A DNA stretch of 64,000 bases from an uncultured Candidatus Saccharibacteria bacterium. Lineage in GTDB: Bacteria; Patescibacteriota; Minisyncoccia; Phycocordibacterales; UBA2100. The translations under genes and the position numbers were made by a program. Shown here one piece after another: positions 57,163 through 64,000 of the stretch. Positions within the stretch are counted from its first letter, which is position 1. Each line of letters starts with the position of its first letter. The stretch covers positions 65,971-129,970 of the forward strand of contig CAZJEQ010000001.1 in assembly GCA_964545165.1 (NCBI GenBank), given 5' to 3'. The notes under the pieces were generated by a model, which saw only the letters and a list, made by a program, of their open reading frames with translations, made no database searches and was not told the origin of the DNA.

Positions 57163-57915
57163 TTAGAATCGGGGGCGATTGACCCAATTTTTTAGTGTGC
57201 GGAACACAAGATACAAAAGTACGATTGCGAGTACATAAAAAAGCCAGCGCGTGTCGAATGCAAAGAGTGCAGCGGCAGCGGCGAGCTGAAGGCCTTTGGC
57301 ACCATATTCCTGAGCAGAATCGGTGAGCGATGGTGCGACCGCGCTGTTCATCGGCGGTCGGGTCTCGACTTTCTGCTTGGCGTAGGGCTCGACGAAATTC
57401 GCACCTGCTTCCCGGGCTTTTTCTGTCTGCTCGATGATGGCATCGGCGACGGTGCCGACTATTGGCACGGAGCTCGTCATATCGGAAATGGTGCTGCTCA
57501 CAGTCGACATGGTTTTATCCACGACGCCCGGCTCTTTGGGTGGCGGTGGCAGGGCGGCCGAGATCGTCACCGATATTTTTTCGGTCGATTCCTTCTGGGT
57601 GCCGGAGACAAAGCTGGCGCTGAGCGCGTGCGTGCCTTTGACCGCCGGCCAGCTCGATGTGATAAGTGATGAGCCGCCAGCGGGGAGTGAGACCTCCTTG
57701 GTATCAAATGTGGTACCGTCGGCGAGGAATGCGACGGCACCTTTCATCTCGCTGTCGGAGGCGTTGTACACCGCGGCGTACATGGTGACCTTTTCACCCT
57801 CGCGTGCCGTCGTCGATGAGACCCAGAGCGGCTGGCGCGGGAAGCCAAATGCAGCGGCAGAGACAAGCGACGGTGCAAGAACGAGGATGGATACCAGGAA
57901 AACTCGGGTACGCAT
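57163..57915 (-). CDS. Secreted/membrane protein with a CARDB-like Ig domain and C-terminal TM helix
   Basis: Signal peptide, EGEKVT.YA.VYN...V.F..DG...W.A..G.H, PPPP linker, C-terminal TM. Confidence 0.75.
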   Translation of the reverse strand: MRTRVFLVSILVLAPSLVSAAAFGFPRQPLWVSSTTAREGEKVTMYAAVYNASDSEMKGAVAFLADGTTFDTKEVSLPAGGSSLITSSWPAVKGTHALSASFVSGTQKESTEKISVTISAALPPPPKEPGVVDKTMSTVSSTISDMTSSVPIVGTVADAIIEQTEKAREAGANFVEPYAKQKVETRPPMNSAVAPSLTDSAQEYGAKGLQLAAAAALFAFDTRWLFYVLAIVLLYLVFRTLKNWVNRPRF

Positions 57916-57935
57916 GCCTACAGTATAATAGAGAT
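57916..57935. promoter_or_regulatory. 20-bp bidirectional promoter with overlapping -10 boxes
   Basis: TATAAT (+, 57924-57929) and TATACT (-, 57927-57922), each 6 nt from its ATG. Confidence 0.75.
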
Positions 57936-58097
57936 ATGCAGCAGTCTGGGACGAGTGATTTCTTCAAATTCCTCTTCGGCTTCCTCATTTTTATCTGCGT
58001 GAGCTTCGGCGTGACCTTTACCGTCAACAAGCTCGCCATCGCCAAAGACCTCTCCCAAGCCGCCGCGGCGGCGCGCGCACAGACCTTGGGCGAATAA
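57936..58097 (+). CDS. Small single-TM protein
   Basis: MQQSGTSDFFKFLFGFLIFICVSFGV...; TATAAT 6 nt upstream; terminator follows. Confidence 0.65.
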   Translation: MQQSGTSDFFKFLFGFLIFICVSFGVTFTVNKLAIAKDLSQAAAAARAQTLGE

Positions 58098-58144
58098 ATG
58101 AAAACGCCGGGACCCGAAGGCCCGGCGTTTCTCAGTGGCTGGCG

Positions 58145-58396
58145 TCACAGGACGCCGTAGTTGCGGAAGATCGTGGCGATCGCTGTGCGGTGGGTGCGAT
58201 GCTCGTCACCCGCGTCTAGCTGTTCGAGTTGCCAGTCGAGGGTCTGGTGGTTGCCGACGAGCGCGGTGTCGAGAGTGGCGATGATCGCCAGGCGACCCTG
58301 CCTATTGGTACCGAAATGCTGCTCGATCGCTGCTTCGATCATCGCCCGCTGTACGACGGCCGCATTGTGAGGTGCCCGTCCTTGAGTTGTTTGCAT
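58145..58396 (-). CDS. Small orphan protein
   Basis: AGAGG before ATG (MQTTQGR); shares the terminator at about 58101-58131. Confidence 0.5.
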   Translation of the reverse strand: MQTTQGRAPHNAAVVQRAMIEAAIEQHFGTNRQGRLAIIATLDTALVGNHQTLDWQLEQLDAGDEHRTHRTAIATIFRNYGVL

Positions 58397-58520
58397 GAAA
58401 GCCTCTACACATTGAGGGGAGCGCAGCGGATTGCTGCGCCAAGGATGCACAGCCTGGTGTGCTGCCGGCATAATGCCACAATTGATTGATTCGTAAAGGT
58501 GGTGTAGGATGCTCCGCACA

Positions 58521-58576
58521 AGGCCAGAGAAAGCGGGTTCCGAAAGGATTCAAGTCGCAAGACACCTGCCGAGGTC
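58521..58576 (+). promoter_or_regulatory. Ribosomal protein L10 leader (autoregulatory RNA)
   Basis: cc-AGAGAAAGCGGG...CCTGCCGAGG kink-turn-like signature upstream of rplJ; TAGGAT -10 at 58505. Confidence 0.7.
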
Positions 58577-58642
58577 GAACACTCCCACCGCTCCGGCGGA
58601 AAGAGGGCCTTGTAGTCATTAGCAAGGTCCTATTGTCATTCC

Positions 58643-59137
58643 ATGGCAAAAACAAAAGCACAGAAACAGGTGATCATCACGAAGCTCGAAGATGCATTCA
58701 AAAATGCTACCTCGACTGTCTTCGTGCACTTCAACGGGCTCGCGGTCTCGGATGAGAGCGCGATCCGTCGTGATTTCCGCAAGGACGGAGTGAAGTACTT
58801 CGTCGCCAAGAAGACCCTCATTCTCCGCGCGCTCGCGGCTCTCGGCCACCAGGTCGACAGCCTCGTGCTCGATGGTGAAATCGCCGTCGCATACGGCGGC
58901 GGTGAGGATTCGACCGTTGCGGCACGTCTCGTGCATGCAGCGGGCAAGAAGCTCGCAGATAAAGTCGGCATCGTCGGCGGTATCTTCGAGGGTAAGATCG
59001 TCGACGGCGCAGCAATGCGCGAGATCGCTACGATCCCGTCACTCGACGTACTCCGCGGTATGTTTGCGCAGGTGATCAACTCACCGCGCCAGCGTTTCGC
59101 AGTCGTCTTGAGCGAAGTCGCAAAAACCAAAAATTAA
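58643..59137 (+). CDS. rplJ: 50S ribosomal protein L10
   Basis: K.QK, GL.V, V.KKTL..RA, GG.FEG, A.IPS; precedes rplL. Confidence 0.95.
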   Translation: MAKTKAQKQVIITKLEDAFKNATSTVFVHFNGLAVSDESAIRRDFRKDGVKYFVAKKTLILRALAALGHQVDSLVLDGEIAVAYGGGEDSTVAARLVHAAGKKLADKVGIVGGIFEGKIVDGAAMREIATIPSLDVLRGMFAQVINSPRQRFAVVLSEVAKTKN

Positions 59138-59155
59138 TCAGTATCAATTATTGTT

Positions 59156-59512
59156 ATGAACAACGAACAGATCATCGAAGCAGTTGAGAAGATGACCGTC
59201 CTCGAGCTCAACACGCTCGTGAAAGCCATCGAAGAGAAGTGGGGTGTTTCTGCAGCGGCAGTCGCCGTCGCCGGCCCGGCAGCAGCCGCAGCCGAAGAGA
59301 AGTCGGAATTCGACGTCGAGCTCACCGCGACCGGCGAGCAGAAGATCGCCGTCATCAAGGCGGTGAAGGAAGTTCTCGGCCTCGGCCTCGCGGAAGCGAA
59401 GACGATGGTAGAGAGCGCACCGGTCATGATGAAGACGGGTATGAAGAAGGAAGATGCCGAAGCCCTCAAGAAGAAGGTGGAGGAAGCAGGCGGCAAGGTC
59501 ACGCTCAAGTAA
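59156..59512 (+). CDS. rplL: 50S ribosomal protein L7/L12
   Basis: [40 protein letters not shown]. Confidence 0.97.
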   Translation: MNNEQIIEAVEKMTVLELNTLVKAIEEKWGVSAAAVAVAGPAAAAAEEKSEFDVELTATGEQKIAVIKAVKEVLGLGLAEAKTMVESAPVMMKTGMKKEDAEALKKKVEEAGGKVTLK

Positions 59513-59532
59513 CCCGAGAAGCCACAAAGCGG

Positions 59533-59558
59533 AAAGCCGATCTCGCGATCGGCTTTTT
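59533..59558 (+). terminator. Intrinsic terminator after rplL
   Basis: aaagccgatc-tcgc-gatcggcttttt. Confidence 0.8.
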
Positions 59559-59579
59559 CGTTTTCACGCCGCGTGCGCG

Positions 59580-60056
59580 TCATTCGCGCACGCGATATTT
59601 TCTCGGGAGCTTGGTGAGGTCGACGCGGTATTGCTCGAGCTGCGCCTTCGCCGCTTCGGCGCGATAGTACAGGTGCTTGCTGCATGCAGCGGCGTATGCC
59701 TGCACATCGTCTGCCGAGGCGCGAGCAAATCCTTGGAAGTAGATCTTCTCGACAAGGCGATGCTGCCCGGGGATGCGCGCCTCGATGTGGTTGTCCCACT
59801 TCGTTTCGTGGCCGTCCCTCCCCAGCGCCTTCCTGCGCCAGCGCGTCAGCGACACGCGCAACTCTGGCGAGCCGTCGAAGGTCGTGAACGTGTGCTTCAC
59901 AAGGCTGCACATCTCATCGCCTCCGCGATCCGTGCTCTCGTGTCGGAGAATAATGACGCCGTCCTTTCGGAACAACCGGTCGTTGTCAGTAGGGGGCGCT
60001 TTGGTCGTGATTATCACGAAGCACCCTTGCCCGAGCTTTTGAGGGATGACTTTCAT
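59580..60056 (-). CDS. Orphan hypothetical protein
   Basis: SD TAAGGAG 6 nt before ATG. Confidence 0.6.
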   Translation of the reverse strand: MKVIPQKLGQGCFVIITTKAPPTDNDRLFRKDGVIILRHESTDRGGDEMCSLVKHTFTTFDGSPELRVSLTRWRRKALGRDGHETKWDNHIEARIPGQHRLVEKIYFQGFARASADDVQAYAAACSKHLYYRAEAAKAQLEQYRVDLTKLPRKYRVRE

Positions 60057-60161
60057 CGTGCGCTCCTTATGCCGGCGGGTACTCTAAAGGTGCTCACTCA
60101 TTATTGCAAGCTCGCTTGCAGAGCCGTTTGAGTTTGTTTCGCGCGGCGGTACGATGCTGAC

Positions 60162-60653
60162 ATGAGCGATGTCTTTCTCGGGTTGGGAAGTAATCTCGGC
60201 AATCGCATCGAGAATTTGCGTCGTGCACTCATCGCGCTCGAAGAGCATGTCGCGGTGAGTGAGAAATCGTCGGTCTACGAGAGTCTGCCACATGGCGTCG
60301 ATGATCAGCCCTTCTATTTAAATATGGTGGTCCGTGCGACCACGCCGCTCACGCCACGCGGACTCCTCGCTGCCGTGAAGATGGTGGAGCAAAATATCGG
60401 CCGCGAGCCCAATACCCATCATCTGCCGCGCCCGATCGATATCGACATCCTTATGTACGGCGACGAGGTCGTGCAGGATGATGATCTCTCTATTCCGCAT
60501 CGCGAGCTGCACAAGCGCGCGTTTGTGCTGGTACCGCTCGAAGAGCTCGCGTCATTCCATATGCATCCCACGCTCCGAAAGCCCGTGATTGATCTGCTCG
60601 ATGAGCTCGGCGGATACGAGGGATTGGTATGGCCAGCGGATGACCGACTATGA
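60162..60653 (+). CDS. folK: 2-amino-4-hydroxy-6-hydroxymethyldihydropteridine pyrophosphokinase
   Basis: LGLGSNLG, SS.YES.P, PRPIDIDIL, PH..L..RAFVL.PL. Confidence 0.95.
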   Translation: MSDVFLGLGSNLGNRIENLRRALIALEEHVAVSEKSSVYESLPHGVDDQPFYLNMVVRATTPLTPRGLLAAVKMVEQNIGREPNTHHLPRPIDIDILMYGDEVVQDDDLSIPHRELHKRAFVLVPLEELASFHMHPTLRKPVIDLLDELGGYEGLVWPADDRL

Positions 60654-61486
60654 GTTTCGCGTGGGGCAAGTACACCCAGGTCATGGGTATTGTGAATGTG
60701 ACACCCGATTCATTCTCGGGTGATGGCATGTCAGAGATCGACGATGCGGTCGCGCAGGGAATACAGATGGCGCGCGATGGTGCACACCTACTCGATGTGG
60801 GCGGCGAGAGTACGCGCCCCGGCTCCACACCAGTGTCGCTCGAAGATGAGCTTGCGCGAGTCATTCCCGTCATCGAGAAGCTCGCGCGGGAAGTCCCAAT
60901 CCCGATATCGATAGATACGTACAAAGCTGAAGTCGCGCGGCGCGCGATCACTGCGGGTGCGTCCATCATCAACGACGTCTGGTCCGGCGCGATGGACCCG
61001 GCGATGCTGCCGCTCGCAGCAGAGATGCGCGTACCGATTATTCTCATGCACAATCGCTCACGTCCGAAAGACGCGGCCCAAGAGGAGATACTCGGCGGGC
61101 GCTACATCGGTGTCGAGTACGATGACCTGATTGCAGATATCTCCGACGAATTGCAGGAGCGCATTGATGCCGCGATCGATGCGGGAATCGCGCGTGAGCA
61201 TATCATCATCGATCCCGGCATCGGCTTCGGCAAAACAGTCGAGCAAAATCTCACGCTCGTGCGTCGCCTTGGCGAATTCAAGAAGCTCGGTTTTCCGCTA
61301 CTCGTCGGCCCGTCGAGGAAATCCTTTGTCGGGTACACGCTTGCGCTCCCGCCGGACGAGCGGGTGGAGGGGACAGCGGCCGCGGTCGCACTCTGTATCG
61401 ATCGCGGGGCAGACATGGTGCGGGTGCACGATGTGAAGAGTATGGTGCGGGTCGCGGCGCTCGCCGACGCCGTGCGCGCCTCATGA
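60650..61486 (+). CDS. folP: Dihydropteroate synthase
   Basis: MGIVNVTPDSFS, DVGGESTRPG, SIDT, DPGIGFGK, SRKSF, RVHDV. Confidence 0.97.
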   Translation: MSFAWGKYTQVMGIVNVTPDSFSGDGMSEIDDAVAQGIQMARDGAHLLDVGGESTRPGSTPVSLEDELARVIPVIEKLAREVPIPISIDTYKAEVARRAITAGASIINDVWSGAMDPAMLPLAAEMRVPIILMHNRSRPKDAAQEEILGGRYIGVEYDDLIADISDELQERIDAAIDAGIAREHIIIDPGIGFGKTVEQNLTLVRRLGEFKKLGFPLLVGPSRKSFVGYTLALPPDERVEGTAAAVALCIDRGADMVRVHDVKSMVRVAALADAVRAS

Positions 61487-61491
61487 ATTAA

Positions 61492-61511
61492 CCTGCCTAC
61501 CGGCAGGCAGG
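61492..61511. repeat. REP-like 20-bp palindrome CCTGCCTACCGGCAGGCAGG
   Basis: cctgcct-accggc-aggcagg directly after the folP stop; single copy seen in this window. Confidence 0.6.
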
Positions 61512-61560
61512 CTATCCACAGGTATACCTTCATCTCCGAAGCAGGTGCTACTATCGAGGT

Positions 61561-62193
61561 ATGGCAATCAAAGAAGATTTTCTCGCATCGTTCATCGGAA
61601 ATAGGGAGCGCGCGCAGCTGATGCGCGTCTTTGTTTTTAATCCATCAGAAGTCGTCAGTCTCGCGACGGCAGCCAAGCGTGCCGGTATCTCAGGCAAAGC
61701 AGCCGCGCGGGAATTGAAGGTCCTCGAAAAGCTCGGCATTGTGAAGCGTGGGCGCTCGTTCTCGGTCGCGCTGGCCAATGGCACCAAGCGCATGGTCCAG
61801 GGCAAGCAGCGCGAAGATCTCTGGGTACTCAATACTGATTTCAAACACCTTCGTGGTGTCTCCGGCTTCATCCACGAGACCTCGCCGGTCAAATTCGACA
61901 ACATCGTCGGGGCGCTTCGCCCCGGTGGGAAGATCTCGGCCGTCATTCTCTCGGGCTCCTTTGTGGGAGATCCGACGCGTCCGGCAGACTTGATCGTCGC
62001 GGCAGATCCGCTCCATGAGCGCAAACTCGAAAGCGCCATTCGTCAGCTGGAGCCGCAGTTTGGACGCGAGATCCGCTTTGCCGCGTTTTCGACCCCGGAA
62101 TTCCGCTATCGCCTCACCATCCAGGATCGCCTCATTCGCGATACCCTCGATTTTCCGCACCTCGTCCTCTTGGACAGAACGCGTCTCCTGTAG
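61561..62193 (+). CDS. Hypothetical wHTH + nucleotidyltransferase-like protein
   Basis: N-terminal HTH (AARELKVLEKLGIV); LSGSFVG....ADLIV; EF.YR....DR.IRD. Confidence 0.7.
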   Translation: MAIKEDFLASFIGNRERAQLMRVFVFNPSEVVSLATAAKRAGISGKAAARELKVLEKLGIVKRGRSFSVALANGTKRMVQGKQREDLWVLNTDFKHLRGVSGFIHETSPVKFDNIVGALRPGGKISAVILSGSFVGDPTRPADLIVAADPLHERKLESAIRQLEPQFGREIRFAAFSTPEFRYRLTIQDRLIRDTLDFPHLVLLDRTRLL

Positions 62194-62337
62194 CGAAACG
62201 GCTCAATTGAGCCACCGTACTATCCACACGGCCCCCCTGCGGGGCCGTGTCCTCATGAACGAGTTGTTATCATTACGTTCATAGGGGGTCGAAACCTTAA
62301 GTCCTTTTAAAAATTATTCATTAATACTCTTACTACT

Positions 62338-63024
62338 ATGATAGTTACTCAGTCAGCGGCTTCGGTGCAGGGTTCGTTTTACGATATGTGGTACACCGTC
62401 GCTCAGTACGTCCCGGCAATCTTGGCTGCGGTCGTCGTCTTCCTCATCGGGTGGATCGTCGGCATCATCCTCTACCGCGTGGTAGTGGAAGTCGTCCGCG
62501 TGCTCCGCATCGATGACGCTTTGCGTGCAGCCGGCATGAACGATGCTGCCAAGCAGGCGGGCTTCAATCTCGACACGGGCAAGTTCCTCGGTCGCCTCGT
62601 CGAGTGGTTTGTCATCTTGGTGTTCCTCGTTGCGGCGCTTGATATCCTCAACCTCACGCGCGTGACGGTCTTCCTCCAGACGGTGGTACTCCTCTACTTG
62701 CCGCAGGTCATCGTCGCTTCGCTCATCATCATCTTGGGCGCAATCGTCGCAGAGGTGGTACGTGGTCTCATCTCGCACTCGGGCAAAGCCACGGGTGCTC
62801 ACGGCGCAAATCTCGCTGGCACGATTGCCAAGTACGCGATTCTCGCATGGGCAGTGATGGCCGCGCTCCAGCAGCTCGGCATCGCCGCAGACATGATCCA
62901 GACGCTCTTCACTGGTATCGTCGTCGCTCTCTCGCTCGCATTCGGCCTTTCCTTCGGCCTCGGCGGCAAAGAAGCAGCAGGACGCACCATCGAGCGCCTC
63001 CGCTCCGAAATCGCACACAAGTAA
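62338..63024 (+). CDS. Conserved TM-helix repeat protein (CmpX / MscS-associated)
   Basis: P.ILAAVVVFLIGW, YLPQVIVA.LII..G, AFGLSFGLGGKE. Confidence 0.85.
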   Translation: MIVTQSAASVQGSFYDMWYTVAQYVPAILAAVVVFLIGWIVGIILYRVVVEVVRVLRIDDALRAAGMNDAAKQAGFNLDTGKFLGRLVEWFVILVFLVAALDILNLTRVTVFLQTVVLLYLPQVIVASLIIILGAIVAEVVRGLISHSGKATGAHGANLAGTIAKYAILAWAVMAALQQLGIAADMIQTLFTGIVVALSLAFGLSFGLGGKEAAGRTIERLRSEIAHK

Positions 63025-63074
63025 TTTCGGCCTCGTTTCTCGACACGACCCCGCCCGTGGCGGGGTCGTGTTTT

Positions 63075-63156
63075 GTTACACCCGGACATGTCGCTGCAGC
63101 AACATGTCCGGGTGTAACTCTTCAAATTCTCAGCTGAGAATTTGAAGGTTATACTG
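63075..63156. repeat. Dispersed double-hairpin repeat, copy 2
   Basis: 17-bp IR gttacacccggacatgt/acatgtccgggtgtaac plus ttcaaattct-CAGCTG-agaatttgaa; inverted copy of 8341-8391. Confidence 0.9.
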
Positions 63157-63161
63157 CGCGC

Positions 63162-63839
63162 ATGCAAGCAGTCATTCTCGCCGCCGGTCGTGGTACGCGC
63201 ATGGGTGCGCTCACCGAGTCGACCCCGAAGCCGATGCTCCTCCTCAATGGTCGCCCGGTCCTTGAGTACATTTTTGATTCGCTTCCCGATAGTGTCGACG
63301 AAATTATTGTTGTCGTGGGGTACCTGGGCGGCGTCATACAAAAGCATTTCGGCGGTGTTTATATAGACAAAAAGATATTGTATGTCGAACAGGAGACACT
63401 CAACGGTACTGCCGGTGCACTCTGGGCGGCACAAGAGCTGATTCACGGACCGTTTCTTGTGCTCAACGGCGACGATATGTACGAGCGAGAAGACATGGAG
63501 GCGTGCTTCAAGTACGACTGGGCGGTACTCGTCTATAAGATGGATCACCTGGAAGGCGCGAGTGTGATCTTCGATGCAAACAATGTCGTGACCTCTATCG
63601 AGGAAAACGATGCTCGCGATCGTGAGAGCGGGTACGCGAACGCGGCACTGTACTTTTTGCAGCCAACAATTTTCGAATACCCGCTGATTCCAAAGAGGCC
63701 GGGCTCATCAGAATTCGGGTTGCCACAAACCATCATTGCCGCAGGATTACCGCTTGTGGCAGTACCAGCTACGTCGTGGGTTCGCCTCACTGAACCGAGC
63801 GACATTCAAAAGGCTGAAGAGATACTTGCAGCGCGTTGA
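63162..63839 (+). CDS. Sugar-phosphate nucleotidyltransferase (NTP_transferase family)
   Basis: AVILAAGRGTRM....PKPM, EQ...GTAGAL, LNGDD. Confidence 0.9.
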   Translation: MQAVILAAGRGTRMGALTESTPKPMLLLNGRPVLEYIFDSLPDSVDEIIVVVGYLGGVIQKHFGGVYIDKKILYVEQETLNGTAGALWAAQELIHGPFLVLNGDDMYEREDMEACFKYDWAVLVYKMDHLEGASVIFDANNVVTSIEENDARDRESGYANAALYFLQPTIFEYPLIPKRPGSSEFGLPQTIIAAGLPLVAVPATSWVRLTEPSDIQKAEEILAAR

Positions 63840-63946
63840 CACCACTGCGTATCAGCAGTCTCGCATTCGCTTAACCGCTGCTTCATTGCTGTCGGCGTAC
63901 AACGTATAGGGAGGTCGATTACTAGTTACCAGCTAGTCGTACACAT

Positions 63947-64000
63947 ATGGCACAAGAAAACAGCACGACGTCGAAGCGTGGCTTCGCTGCGATGGACAAA
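63947..64000 (+). CDS. Probable KGG-repeat general stress protein (YciG/Con-10-like), truncated by the window end
   Basis: MAQENSTTSKRGFAAMDK matches the RGFAxMD motif of that family; only 18 codons visible. Confidence 0.6.
   Translation, partial: MAQENSTTSKRGFAAMDK

Noticed and set aside
1-64000. Alternative genetic code (TGA=Gly) as in some CPR lineages
   Set aside because: Conserved genes such as folK, folP and pduO end at TGA at the expected lengths, and no ORFs are broken by TGA.

Overview
This 64 kb window looks like bacterial chromosome from a Patescibacteria/CPR organism, most likely Parcubacteria (inferred from gene content, not from a search). It uses the standard genetic code. 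Housekeeping genes: rplS, secE-nusG-rplK with no rplA, tmk, argS, ileS, recO, glyQS, metG, tatD, rpsF-ssb-rpsR, efp, recA, ftsK, rplJ-rplL and three tRNAs (Arg-TCT, Leu-GAG, His-GTG). Metabolic and envelope genes: two-subunit ATP-citrate lyase, folK-folP, a PduO-type adenosyltransferase, a lipid/glycan-modification cluster and a large S-layer-like protein. Accessory regions: a serine-recombinase island at tRNA-Arg, and a PaaX/Cas2-like gene beside a lipase-like cassette bounded by inverted 39-bp palindromes. The most striking signal is non-coding. Two ~170-180 bp elements sit at the 3' ends of tRNA-Leu and rpsR with the same layout: gene 3' end, hairpin, inverted copy of that 3' end, a two-hairpin core, direct copy of the 3' end, terminator. 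The cores share interchangeable GCGACGGC and CAG(C/A)AG loops, and related hairpin modules recur at 8.3, 29.5 and 63.1 kb. Many housekeeping genes have a -10 box exactly 6 nt before the ATG, suggesting leaderless mRNA, whereas interspersed orphan genes carry Shine-Dalgarno leaders. All calls come from reading the sequence and the ORF track; no database searches were run.
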